Of a stretch of DNA of 64,000 nt, positions 18,709 through 29,086 are shown piece by piece. This stretch comes from an uncultured delta proteobacterium (lineage in GTDB: Bacteria > Myxococcota_A > Polyangia > Fen-1088), in contig CAWCMR010000006.1 in assembly GCA_963796685.1 (NCBI GenBank), positions 261,460 through 325,459 of the forward strand, read 5' to 3'. The notes below the pieces were generated by a model. That model saw only the letters and a list, made by a program, of their open reading frames with translations. It ran no database searches and was not told the DNA's origin. Position 1 is the first letter of the stretch; every line of letters starts with the position of its first letter. The position numbers and the translations under genes are program-made.

Positions 18709-20028
18709 GCCGCCCTTCGCCTTCGCGAGCCATGACTTGTATTCTGCTCTTTGGGCCGTAGGGACGGACTGACGATCCAACAGCGCTACGAGCTCTCGAT
18801 AACGAGCTGTGCAGTTCGGATTATTGGCCATCCGTTTACCAAGAACAACGGATGTCTTGGGTGCTTCAAGCATCAAGCCGATCTCCCGGGGAGAGAAGTT
18901 CCGGATCATCTTTTCGTAAGCGGACGTTGCGCCCCGAGAGAATCCCCAAGGATTTCCCACAGCGCAAATGACGACGGCCTCGACATACTCAGGCTGAACG
19001 GTCTCTGGAAGAGCGCCTTGTCCAGCCAGCTCGGCGAGCTGGTCTGCAAATGGAGGCTCGTTATAGAAGTTGTTGAACTCGTTATGCACGGCCAGGAGGC
19101 GTTGACAGACGCGGGAAATGAGGCCATGGCGTTCCATGTCGCTTAGCAGAGCAAAGATACCCAGCTTGGTGAAGAATGTCCGCGAGGCCTTCTGCCGGTC
19201 GACCTTGCCTTCGGCGACGTATTCGTTATGTCGATTAATTAGCTCCGACTTCGTCTTGTCAGAGAAGGTTTGAGAGAAACCTTTGCAGATATCCAGGCAA
19301 TTGACTCGCGTTTCCTCTGAGGAGTTCGGATCACAGAAGACTCCGTGGAGCATCGCAAAGATGAAATCGCGTTGGGAATTATGCGTTGCGCCGAGCCGCT
19401 CGATCCACTTCGAGGTCTGGGTCACTGAGAACTTTCCCGCCTTGAGCGCAGCCAGAAATGCCTGCGTATCGACACCCTTCGGGTTCGTGCCGGAGCCTAG
19501 GGCGTATTTCACGCACCGGTTCAGGAACGCCAGAAGCTCGTGGTCATCCAAGGTTCCGGTTGGAGGATGTGCCGACGAAAAGTTGTTTCTGACCTCTCGG
19601 CACTGGTTCAGAAAGAAGTGGGCTTCCTCATCTACCAGGTTGAGACTCAGGCATAGGTCGAGCAACTCCGAATCCTTAAGATCGCCCAGGGTCTCCTCTT
19701 CGAACGGCTTGCGCGTAATCTGGGCCACGACAGAGAGCCCGAAGCCTCTTACTTTCTCGCGGAGAGCAACCACGGACGAGTTCCAAGCATAGTTTACAGC
19801 TGCGTCGAATAGACCCGCAGCGACCGCCACACACAAACGGGCATGTTGCGCCGTCAACTTGTCTTTCGGAATCCCACCAATCACGCGTGGAAGGGACTGC
19901 CAGGCATGGGCGATCTCGTCGTCCGCAGCGAGCAGCTCGCGCGGAAGCGAGAGAGCCGCAGTCAGCCTCGCGAGCAGGTCACCGCTCGATCCGGTTACAT
20001 CTGGGAGCTTGATGAGTTCCTTCTTCAT
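18703..20028 (-). CDS. Cassette protein with HEPN-like N-terminal domain
   Basis: 441 aa; helical; RNNFSSAH (R-x6-H) motif; GAGGAG RBS. Confidence 0.6.
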   Translation of the reverse strand: MKKELIKLPDVTGSSGDLLARLTAALSLPRELLAADDEIAHAWQSLPRVIGGIPKDKLTAQHARLCVAVAAGLFDAAVNYAWNSSVVALREKVRGFGLSVVAQITRKPFEEETLGDLKDSELLDLCLSLNLVDEEAHFFLNQCREVRNNFSSAHPPTGTLDDHELLAFLNRCVKYALGSGTNPKGVDTQAFLAALKAGKFSVTQTSKWIERLGATHNSQRDFIFAMLHGVFCDPNSSEETRVNCLDICKGFSQTFSDKTKSELINRHNEYVAEGKVDRQKASRTFFTKLGIFALLSDMERHGLISRVCQRLLAVHNEFNNFYNEPPFADQLAELAGQGALPETVQPEYVEAVVICAVGNPWGFSRGATSAYEKMIRNFSPREIGLMLEAPKTSVVLGKRMANNPNCTARYRELVALLDRQSVPTAQRAEYKSWLAKAKGGA

Positions 20029-20142
20029 GTGACTCCTCTCAAGTGCGCCTAAGGTCTCGCGCGAAAATAACTGATCGCATTAGTCTGATTGCGGCGTGAC
20101 TGTGTAGTTCCAGTCACCTCTGAAACGGGCGGGGCGAAGATT

Positions 20143-21554
20143 GGCTCTCCTGACATCTTCATGGAAGCGCGGGCACCTTGAAGACGGGATGAAGGACAAC
20201 GCCTGAGCAGCAGAGGAAGATGAAGCCAATGAGGGCTTGAGCGTTGTGGAAGCCATAGGCCCTGCGGGTGATGACCCTGATCTTGCCATTAAGGCCCTCG
20301 GTTCTTCCGTTATTGAGCCCTGTGGCGACAATGGCCACGATGCCGTCCAGGTATTTCTTGATGGTCGCGGCGACCTTCTTGAAGGAAGGTAGTCTGGATC
20401 GCCTGGCCCAACTGATCCATTCTTCGAGCTTCTGTTTGACGACGTTGACCTGGCGACGACCGAGGATGTCGCAGATGGCGATCTTGAGCAGGTAGCCGCG
20501 ATAGAGTCGGGCATTGGTCTTCGGGAGGGTCGAAAGCCTCTCAGACTCGGCCCTGGATAGGTTCCACGGATTCTTGAGCAGAAGGTACTTGGTCTTCTTC
20601 AGTTGCCCGCGTTCGTCGGTGTCCTCCAGGAGTCGGACCTCCGCACGCCGGAGCTCGTCGAGTGCTTCCTGCACGAGTCTCTGAACGTGGAAGCGGTCGA
20701 AGACGATCTGCGCTTGTGGCGCTCGCGAGGTGACCGCGTCGATGTAGGCCGCGGACATGTCGATGGTGACGGTCTTGAGCTTGCTGGTTCGTTCCGGGCC
20801 GAGAGCGTCGAAGAAGCAGCCGAGCGTCGCAGCGTTCTTGCCCTCGTGGGCCCAGACGACCCGCTGCGAGACGTGGTCGACAACGACGGTGACGTACTCA
20901 TGGTGCCGCCGGTACGACAACTCGTCGACGCCGATGTGTTCGAGGTCCTCGAGGAGAAGGCTAGGATTCTCGGTGCCGCGGCACCACCCGCTGGATGATG
21001 GCGCCGACGGTGCGCCACGCGATGCGCATGGTTTCGGCCACCATCGTCTGGCTTGCTTGTTGGGCCAGATAGGCCACATGGTCCTCGAAGTCACGCGTGA
21101 AGCCGACCTTCGGCTCGGCCCAAGGGACCATCTCGATGACCACGCCGCACCGAGGACAGTCAACCCTGCGCAGGGTGTAGCGCAGAAGAACCTCCATCCC
21201 GCACGCGTCCAGATGCCGCCAGTTCCGAGCCCGAGCATCGAACACGTCATGGACCCGACATCCGCAGCCTGAGCAGTAGGGAACGGTCGTCGTTGGCGCC
21301 ACGTGCACCAATATGCCAAGCAGATCGAATTCGACCGCCAGGACACGGGTATGTGGAAATTGGAGTAGGTTTCGGAATAGGGTGGTTGCGCGCATGGGCT
21401 CCTGGGCTTGTGGGTTCTAGACAAGCCACACGATACCCCAGGTGCCCGTGCGCACTTCGTCTCCACCTCACCCGAAACTCATGCCGCCCACATCTCCGTC
21501 GACGACGTGCGTCGCACCTACGAGATCTCCCCTTACGAAGATGTCAGGAGAGCC
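20143..21554 (-). mobile_element. ISL3-family insertion sequence (1412 bp)
   Basis: Perfect 18-bp IR GGCTCTCCTGACATCTTC; 8-bp duplication CGAAGATT at 20135-42 and 21555-62. Confidence 0.95.
20159..21395 (-). CDS. ISL3 transposase (frameshift near 20970)
   Basis: Zn finger CSGC...CPRC, VPWA; IGVDE, IDMS, DRFH, EGLNGKIRVITRRAYGF. Confidence 0.9.
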
Positions 21555-22797
21555 CGAAGATTGACGGCTTCCATCTCCTCGTGTGCGACCTTGATTCCCT
21601 TTTTGTACGAGTTCCGGTCGGCGGCGGCGCGGATGTGGAGGCCCCGCTTTGTCGTTGTGGCTCCAATCAGATTGACGACGGTTTCGAGAGTCTCAAGCGG
21701 CCTCCCCCTCCAGTTCGCGGTGATGTGGCAGAACATCCGGTGTTCGATCTTGTTCCACTTGCTCGTCCCAGGCGGGTAGTGCGCTACTTGTATCCGCAAT
21801 CCGCTCTCGTCCGCGAATTCCTGAAGTTCTGTCTTCCAAAGACGCACTCGTGCCCCGTTGCTGCCACCTCCGTCCGCAGTGATGAGCAGCTCCTCCGCTT
21901 CCGGATACACTGCCTTGCCCATCCTCTTCCACCAACGACGGATGGTTTCCACTGCAAACTCGGCGGTGTCGTGGTCAATCCCCACGCTCACCCAACCCTC
22001 GTTCCTTGCGAGGTCGTACACGCCATACGGAATCGCCTTGCCGAGTTCCTTGTCAATGAAGTCATGAACCCGGACGGGAACCGGCGAACCCTTCGGCTCC
22101 CATTCGCGGCCTCCGTTCTTGAAATCGCCCAGGTTCTCCTTCTTTTTGGTGTCGACAGAGATTACAGGCAGCCCCTTCGACTGGAACTCCTTCGCCCGGC
22201 GGTTGATGTACTCGAACTGGGCATCTCGGTCTGGATCCTGCTTGCCCTCTCTGGTCTTGTGGTTTGCCTGCAGACTGTAGTCCAGATCCACCAGTAGCTC
22301 TCGCACCTTGGTTGCGCTGACCGGGTGCCCCTGCGCTGTCAGTTCTTCAGCGAGGCGCCGCGTGCCTTTGCTTGTCCAACGAAGCGGCGATTCCGGATCT
22401 CCTCGTGTAGCGGGGTCGATCAGACGCTCAAGGGCTTTGACCAGTTCTGGGTCCTGATCCTCAATGCGTTTGCGCCCAGCACCGGGGCGGCGCACCCTCT
22501 GTTCGCATGGTGCCGCCAATGGCGGCGTCTCCCGCTGCACCTGCAAATCTCTTTTCCCTGCAACGATTCTCTTGTGGCGCAGGCCGGTCGCGCGAGTGAC
22601 GATGGCGACGCCGCCGCGACCCAGTGATTCTGCTTCCGCTGCGGCCCACAGTCGAATCTGGCGCTCATTCAAAATGGGCGTCAGATCACAAAAGAGCTTT
22701 CGAACCCGTTCCACTTCGTCCATATTGCGACACTCTTCCCTTTGAGTGCACAATATACGCAATTGTCCCTATATGCGCTCCTTTATTTACGCGCGAG

Positions 22798-22965
22798 ACC
22801 TAACGCCCTGCCGTTCAGCGGCGAGGGCCGTAGGTGAAGGTCGATAGTAGCACTGCCGGGGCCGCGCGGCGGCCTTCCGATCATCAGATGAGCCGCGCGG
22901 CCCCGGCTCGTTGACCGTCGACCGAGAGTTGACAGGCCCTCGTCCGCTGCAACGGCATGTTCGAC
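22798..22965 (-). repeat. attC site 5 (168 bp), R' partly supplied by the IS end
   Basis: Minus strand GTCGAAC-ATGCCGTTGCAG...GCTGAACGGCAGGGC-GTTAGGT; internal GCCGGGGCCGCGCGGC inverted repeat. Confidence 0.88.
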
Positions 22966-23208
22966 AGCCAGGCCACCGACCTTCTCCAATTCCACTTCCA
23001 AACCCTTGACGAAATCGGTCCTCCTCGGCGCCAAGCTCTCGACTTAAGGCTCGTCGCCCACCACGAGGCTCACGACGCTGGTCCCGATCCAACCTTCAAA
23101 ATGGCACCAGTCCTGCCCGTGAGATCGGTCTTGCTGCTTCGATGATCGCGGGCCGCGCCCCATCATTGACCTACCCGCTTCCGGCGACTTCTTCCTCTGC
23201 GGCGGTCT

Positions 23209-23246
23209 GTCGAACTACCTATTAGCATGCGAAGAATAACATTAGC
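23209..23246 (-). other. Putative attI site
   Basis: Minus strand GCTAATGTTATTCTTCGCA-TGCTAAT-AGGTA-GTTCGAC: R box, 5-nt spacer, degenerate L box, AT-rich, no attC hairpin. Confidence 0.65.
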
Positions 23247-23501
23247 GCAGCGGCGGAAGGTGGGGTTTTCGGGCGGGTCGGGGGTTCGAATCCCTGCGAT
23301 TTCGCGTGGTTGGCGGTCGCGCTTGGCGCCTTGGGCGCTCGTGGCCGCTTCGTAAGCAGGATTCCGTCCGCGCGCGGGCGCTGCCAATTGGTGGTCTAGC
23401 GGTCGAGTGGGCTGCGTAGGCCAAGGCCGGTGACCAGGCGCGCGTCGGCCGATAGGCCCGCGTCCGCGAAGGTGGCGCAGGCCGCAAGGGCTTTCGGTGC
23501 T

Positions 23502-24287
23502 CTACACCACGATCCGGCGCCGCAGCCTGCGCACGGCGAAGGCGCCCGCCACCAGGGTCGTGAGGACCAGGAAGGCGAAGTCGGCGGCCAACATGGGCGA
23601 GAAGTGGGAGAGGGCGAGCGAGCGGGCCAGTCGGACGGCGTGGGTCAGGGGCAGAATTTCGGCCACTGGACGAAGCGCGCGCGGCAGGCTGGACAAGGGA
23701 AAGATGGTTCCGGAAAAGAAGAACATCGGCGACAGGAAGCCGGTGAAGTAGAAATTGAAGTGGTTGATGTTGCGGACGAACGAGGCCACCAGCAGCGAGA
23801 TCGCGCCGAACATGGTGCCGGTCAGAAATCCGATGGGCACGGCGAGCACGCCCATGGGCATGGGAATGGCACCGAAGAGGGACATGACCAGCACGACACA
23901 GGCGCTGAAGAACAGGCCTTTGCTGCCCGCCCACAGGATTTCGCCCACGAAGAGATCGTTGACGGTGACCGGCGCCGCGACCATCCCGTCGTAGGCCTTC
24001 TGGAATTCCAGCCGCACGAAGGTGCCGAAGGTGCACTCGTAGGACGACGTGAACATGGCCGAGGTCACGGGCAGCGCGGTGGCGAGAAAGACGAGATAGG
24101 GGATGCTGTCCATGGCCGCGATGTACCGGCCGAGGCCGAGCCCGATGCCCACCAGGAAGATCACCGGTTCGAGAAAGGGCGGCAGCCCGTTGCTGACCAG
24201 GTTGCGCGTGTACACGCGCATGTGGCGGTACCAGACGCTGTGCAGGCGCCAGGCGAGAGCCGGCGGATGAATGTCACTGGCGGGCAT
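23502..24287 (-). CDS. ABC-2 exporter permease (NodJ-like)
   Basis: Hydrophobic; PMFFFSGTIFP and PLTHAV motifs. Confidence 0.9.
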   Translation of the reverse strand: MPASDIHPPALAWRLHSVWYRHMRVYTRNLVSNGLPPFLEPVIFLVGIGLGLGRYIAAMDSIPYLVFLATALPVTSAMFTSSYECTFGTFVRLEFQKAYDGMVAAPVTVNDLFVGEILWAGSKGLFFSACVVLVMSLFGAIPMPMGVLAVPIGFLTGTMFGAISLLVASFVRNINHFNFYFTGFLSPMFFFSGTIFPLSSLPRALRPVAEILPLTHAVRLARSLALSHFSPMLAADFAFLVLTTLVAGAFAVRRLRRRIVV

Positions 24288-25206
24288 CGAGCCTCCTTCC
24301 GGTCGCCTTGAGAAAGACGTCCTCGAGGGTGCTCGGGCGTAGATGGAAGTCGCCGGGCGGCAGCTGGTCGGCGACTGTTTTCAGGGCCGCATAGTCCGCG
24401 GCGTACACGCTCACCGATTCTTCCGATTGCTCGACGCGCGCGGCCCCCGCGGGCAGGCGTTCGAGCGCCTGCGGCGCGAGCTTCACGTCGGTCAGCTCCA
24501 GCACGTAGGGCTCGATGTGGCTGCCAAGGAGCAACTTGGGGTTGCCGCGCAACACCGCCTTGCCGTTCTCGAGGATGAGGACGTCGTCGCAGAGCTGGAA
24601 CGCCTCCTCCATGTAGTGGGTGGTCAGCATGATAGTGAGGCCGCCGCGCTTGAGTTGGCGCAGCTTGTCCCAGATGGTGTGCCGCACTTGCGGATCGAGA
24701 CCGGTCGTCGGCTCGTCGAGAATGAGCAGGCGCGGCTCGTTGAGCAGGGCGCGCACGATGACCAGCCTGCGTTTCATGCCGCCCGAGAGCTCGCGGATGC
24801 TGGCCCGAGCCTTCTCGTGCAGCTCCATGAATTCGAGCAGCTCGGCGATGCGCGCCTCGGCCCGCTTGGCGGGGATGCCGTAGAGTCGGGCGAAGACGCG
24901 CAGGTTCTGCTGCACGTTCAGCTCCTCGTCCAGGTTGTCGTCCTGGGGCACCACGCCCGAGCGGCACTTGATTTCGAGCTCGTCACGCTCGGGATCGAAG
25001 CCGAACACCGAAACCGTTCCATGCGGCTCCGCGTCGCGCTCGGCCTTGCGATAGATGAGGCGCATGATGGTGCTCTTGCCCGCCCCGTTGCGCCCGAGCA
25101 GGCCGAAGCACGTCGAGGGCGCCACGTCGAAGCTCACCCCGTCGACGGCTTTCACGTCGCGGTAGGATTTGTGGACATTGTCGAAGACGATGACGGCATC
25201 AGCCAT
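24274..25206 (-). CDS. ABC exporter ATP-binding subunit (NodI-like)
   Basis: GRNGAGKS, LSGGMKRR, ILDEPTTGLDP, TTHYMEEA. Confidence 0.93.
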   Translation of the reverse strand: MADAVIVFDNVHKSYRDVKAVDGVSFDVAPSTCFGLLGRNGAGKSTIMRLIYRKAERDAEPHGTVSVFGFDPERDELEIKCRSGVVPQDDNLDEELNVQQNLRVFARLYGIPAKRAEARIAELLEFMELHEKARASIRELSGGMKRRLVIVRALLNEPRLLILDEPTTGLDPQVRHTIWDKLRQLKRGGLTIMLTTHYMEEAFQLCDDVLILENGKAVLRGNPKLLLGSHIEPYVLELTDVKLAPQALERLPAGAARVEQSEESVSVYAADYAALKTVADQLPPGDFHLRPSTLEDVFLKATGRRLDARQ

Positions 25207-25259
25207 GGCCGCCTAGGGTTAGCACAACCCGTCGACAATCCAAGCGGTCTCGCTCGGCG

Positions 25260-27447
25260 CTAATCTCGCCAGGCGTAGGGTGGCGCCGGGGTCTTGTCCG
25301 TGCCAGGGTCGAGACAGGTCGAGCCGTCGACGAAGCCCGAACAGGTGCCGCTTGCTCGGTCCGCGCGCAGCTCTACGTCGCCGATGAGCGCGCCTCCGCT
25401 GAGGTTTCGCCCCTCGAAGAAATCGAGGGGATAGAACGTCGTCATCGCCTTGGTCGAGGCACCCGTCACGGAGAACGCGCTGCCGAAGATCGTCAGAGCA
25501 CCGACGGTGGCATCCGCCACCTTGCCGCCAAGCACCTGGGCGTGGTCTTGGATCTTCGCCGAGCCGGTCACACCGTTGCCCGTCACCAGGGCATAGGGTC
25601 CGACGTAGACCGTGGAAGCCAGGCCGGACGGGCCGCAGCCGCCGCCGTTGGTGATGCGCACCGTGCCCGAGGGACAGGCGTCTAGTTTGCCACCCTGGAA
25701 TCCATCGGGCCAGGCGTTGGTCAACTGGATCATGTAGGGATAGCGCGGCACGGTGCCGTAGGCCTGATCCCAGACGATCTGCTGCTGGGTGGAAGGAGTG
25801 GCCGCGACGGCCAGGAAGAGGGACTCGCCCGCGTTGATGCAGAAATCGAGCGCGGCGTCCGAGCCGCTCTGCATGGTGCTGTAGCGGGCCTTCGTGATGC
25901 CGGAGTCGGTGGCGACCAGGCCCCAGCGCCAGTCCGGGCTGGGCGCGGCCGAGGTCACGCCACGGAAGGTGACGGTGACGCTGGTGGCACCGGCATCGGG
26001 ATAGAGCCGGATGATGTTGTAGCCGAAGCGTTGCGGTGCCCAGGAGAAGGGCGAGGCGAAGCGCCGGTTGTTGGCGTAATCGGTGTCGAGCGGCTCGACC
26101 TTGGTGAGGCGCAACCTGCGCTCGTTCTTCGATGTGTCGGTGACGAGACCATAGTTTTTGCGGAAGAGCGCCCCTTGATTGCCGCCCGCGGTGCTCTCGG
26201 GTGCAGGGTCCTGGTAGTCCCAGGTCACGTTGTGCATGGCCCAGTCGCCCGTGAAATCGTTGAGCTGGGTGATGGTCCAGCTTTGGCTGTTCATGATGGC
26301 GGTGAAGGGATCGCTTACCGCCTTGCCGTCCCAGATGGCGTTGACCGCGCTGTAGCAGTACTTGTCCTTCAGGTATTCCATGAACTGCCAGTTGCAGTAC
26401 CGGTCGCGCGTCGAGCCCAGGTAGAGGTGGGACGCGTTGGCCAACATCTCGGAACAGTGGACATTGCTCGCGTGGTATTCGACCTGCTGCTGCGCGGCCC
26501 AGTTGGCGTGGCTTTCGTAGATCCAGCCACAGGTGTTCGACTGGTTGCAGGCCAAGCCGCCCTCCACCGATTGCACGCCGTGCATGAACTCGTGGGCCAG
26601 GCCCCAGTGATCGGACAGGCCTCCGGTCCCAATCCACATGCCCATGCGACCCGTGCCGAAGGAGCCGCCCGTCAGCCCCCAATCGGAATGCACGTGGATA
26701 TTGGCCTTGTACTTGGTGGCGGAGTCGCACGCGGGCTCGCGCATGTAGATGGGGTTGCCGAAGTAGAGGCTCCACACGGTCTCCAGATGGTCGACCGCTC
26801 CTTGTGCCAGGGCAGCCGTGGTGGAGGCTTCGTCCCCGTAGACCGCGAAGTGAGCAGATTCCGAACGCAACGTCATGGCCGAGCAGCACGGATCGTTTTG
26901 CGGTCCCCCGGCCGTCCACGTGCCCGCCGTGCAGGTCGTGGGGGGCGCCGTCGGGCAGTTGCTTGCCCAGGTCGTCGTGGAGGAGCCCGGGTCGCAACTG
27001 CCTGGAGGCAGCGTGGTGTCGCCCGCGCCTGTGGTGCCGCCCGTGGCGATGGATCCGCCGGAGCCAACGCCACTGGTCGCGCCTCCGGTGCCGCTCTTCC
27101 CACCTGAGCCCGTCGCACCGCCCGCGGCACTGCCGCCCGAGCTCGTTGCGCCTCCGGAGCCGGCCGTGCCACCCGTCACGGTCGCGCCGCCGCCGGCCGA
27201 GCTTCCCCTGATCCGATCTGGCCGCTCGCGGTCGTCGTTCCACCAGCGAGCGATCCACCGCTCGAGCTGACGGCGCCTCCCAAGCCCGCGCTTCCACCCA
27301 AGCCCGTGGCTCCGCCCGAGTGTGACGTGCCACCTGAAGCCGACGCACCACCCGTGCCTGCACCCGGCGAGCTCCCCCGCTGTTGCAGGCCAGGGGACCT
27401 GTCGCCAACAGGACGAACAGTGAAGCCGAAGCCGAGCGAAGCGTCAT
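25260..27447 (-). CDS. Lipoprotein with Gly-rich tether and HExxH (DUF6055-like) putative metallopeptidase domain; N-terminal frameshifts
   Basis: GGAGG RBS and signal ending PLAC at 27447; main frame has LAHEFMH...WIYES. Confidence 0.65.
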
Positions 27448-27594
27448 CCTATCCTCCTGAAACTTTCGTCACGCAGGTAAGGTCGTGTTGGAGCGCTGAA
27501 TCGGCTCAAGTATCAGCGGATGGGCCGTTTTGGCCGCATGCGCGAAAGATAGCGCATCTCCATCATGGCGGTGCTTCGGCGCGGCTGCGAAAGA

Positions 27595-28332
27595 CTACAC
27601 GTGTCCGCCGCGCGCCTGGATGATGGCGTGAAGCCATCCATAGAAGCGCCACGCCCCGCCCAGGGCAACCAGCGCCGGCGACAGCATGCCGAAGGCGCAA
27701 ATCGCCTTGAACGGCCAGCGACCTTTGCCCGCGTGGACGAATAGGTACACGTAGGCGAGCGGCGAAAACAGGAAGATGAACAGTGCCCACCAATTGTGGC
27801 AATCGCGAAGCGCGCTGACGATCATCACGACCCAGACGACGAAGGCGAAAAGCCCGGCCACGATCGACAGCACGAAGATGGTCAGAAGCAGGTGGCTGAG
27901 CTGGGAGCGCTCGGGGGCGGTCAGGGGACTCGTGCCCGCCCGCATGAGCTTCGCATCCACCACGGTGGCCGCGATGGCGGGTCCGTCCTTCCACAGGCTC
28001 TTTCCCGACAAGGCCCTGCGCAGGTCCGCCCCGGTCGTGCGTGGCGGCTTGGCGGTCGCGGGAGCCGCGCTCGGCTCGCTGGCGCTGCTTTCATCGGCAC
28101 CCTCGGACGGCTCATCGGGGCTTGTCTTCGGCCGGTCCGCGGTTTCGATGACGATCCTGGCTTGGGCACGGTACTTGCGCGGGATCTGATCCAGGCGATT
28201 GACGAACACGTCGCGGCCGGTGCTCATGTCGCGGTACTTGTAGAAGGTCTCCCCGTGGCCTGACGCGCTCCACAGGACGAACCCGATGCACATGACTACG
28301 CCGAGCCGGGTCTTCGTCCGCGTCCCATTCAT
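27595..28332 (-). CDS. Membrane protein with DUF4124-like N-terminus
   Basis: Signal peptide, YKYRD..G...F......IP.KYR motif, three C-terminal hydrophobic segments. Confidence 0.6.
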   Translation of the reverse strand: MNGTRTKTRLGVVMCIGFVLWSASGHGETFYKYRDMSTGRDVFVNRLDQIPRKYRAQARIVIETADRPKTSPDEPSEGADESSASEPSAAPATAKPPRTTGADLRRALSGKSLWKDGPAIAATVVDAKLMRAGTSPLTAPERSQLSHLLLTIFVLSIVAGLFAFVVWVVMIVSALRDCHNWWALFIFLFSPLAYVYLFVHAGKGRWPFKAICAFGMLSPALVALGGAWRFYGWLHAIIQARGGHV

Positions 28333-28443
28333 GCCGCGATTGAACCGCGGCTTGGTGGATCGCGCAACAATTGCCACCCAACGGGCCAACAAGTCGACAC
28401 ACAAAAATTTGCGGTGAGCGGCCAGGTTTCCTACGATATGGGC

Positions 28444-28806
28444 ATGCTTCCAGAGCGCCGCCGGGCGGAACGAGATCGTCGCGAGAGCTGGCGAGTGCCG
28501 CTGGTGTGCGCGGTTCGCAACACGGTCGAGGGCCGACTGCACCTTGGCCAGTCCGAGGACATCGGTCCGGGCGGCATCACTCTACGCCGTCCGCGCGACG
28601 TGCCGATGTCGCCCGAGACCCCCATGACCTTGACCTTCGATCTGCCGGGAACGCTGCCCGGAACGCGAAGGACGATCGACGTGGTCGGTCGGGTGGTTTC
28701 GGATCGGCGCACAGGCTCGTTCCGGCGCACGGGTATCCGATTCGTCCGACCATCGTCCGAGCAGACGGCTCTGTTGTCCGAGTTCTGCCGGATGTTCATT
28801 TCCTGA
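28444..28806 (+). CDS. PilZ-domain (c-di-GMP binding) protein
   Basis: RRESWR (RxxxR) and DIGPGG motifs; TTGCGG-N17-TACGAT promoter just upstream. Confidence 0.8.
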   Translation: MLPERRRAERDRRESWRVPLVCAVRNTVEGRLHLGQSEDIGPGGITLRRPRDVPMSPETPMTLTFDLPGTLPGTRRTIDVVGRVVSDRRTGSFRRTGIRFVRPSSEQTALLSEFCRMFIS

Positions 28807-29086
28807 CGTCACAGGCGGAACCGCCCAGAGCGTTACCAGCTTTGTGGCAAGCCGCGAAACGCAGGGCGAAAGTGGCCGACAACGGCTGCAATGGGGTGAG
28901 AGCTGAGATGGATGTAAGGCAACGGGCGACTTGTCGTCGTGATCACCGTCGTGGCAGAGGGCAGCTACAGGACGCGAAACCATCTCTGGTAGGGAATGAC
29001 TGTTGTTGTGGCATCATAATGATCCCCGTGCTGGTGTCTTGCTCGATCTCGACACCGGCTCTTCTCGCTCGCAGCTCAGATCAACG

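Larger units (their letters stand above)
20080..22723 (-). pseudogene. ISAzo13 transposase, interrupted near the C-terminus by ISL3
   Basis: RGDPESPLRWT, ISVDTKKKE, TADGGGSN, PPGTSKWNKIEHR; final GDWNYTVTP segment lies beyond the ISL3, ending 20080. Confidence 0.9.
20053..22800 (-). mobile_element. ISAzo13-family insertion sequence (1328 bp once the nested ISL3 is removed)
   Basis: IRs GGTCTCGCGCGAAAATAA / TTATTTACGCGCGAGACC (17/18); 3-bp TAA duplication at 20050-52 and 22801-03. Confidence 0.92.
14547..23246 (-). mobile_element. Integron cassette array without adjacent integrase (attI-like site + about 7 cassettes)
   Basis: Five attC sites plus a half site, co-oriented with minus-strand cassette ORFs; each cassette's leading GTT box is complementary to its own R'' box. 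Confidence 0.9.

Noticed and set aside
15108-22965. Recurring GCCGTTCAGC...TGCAACGGC repeats as a CRISPR array or REP family
   Set aside because: Spacing is gene-sized and irregular, the repeats have attC R/L box structure, and there are no cas genes
23277-23297. GGGGGTTCGAATCCCTG resembles a tRNA T-arm or an att remnant
   Set aside because: Only 4 of 5 stem pairs; no acceptor stem, D-arm, anticodon arm or CCA around it
23250-23501. Integrase remnant or Pc promoter next to attI
   Set aside because: No tyrosine-recombinase motifs recognised; the best promoter match (TTGGCA-N18-AATCCT, minus strand) is too weak to call
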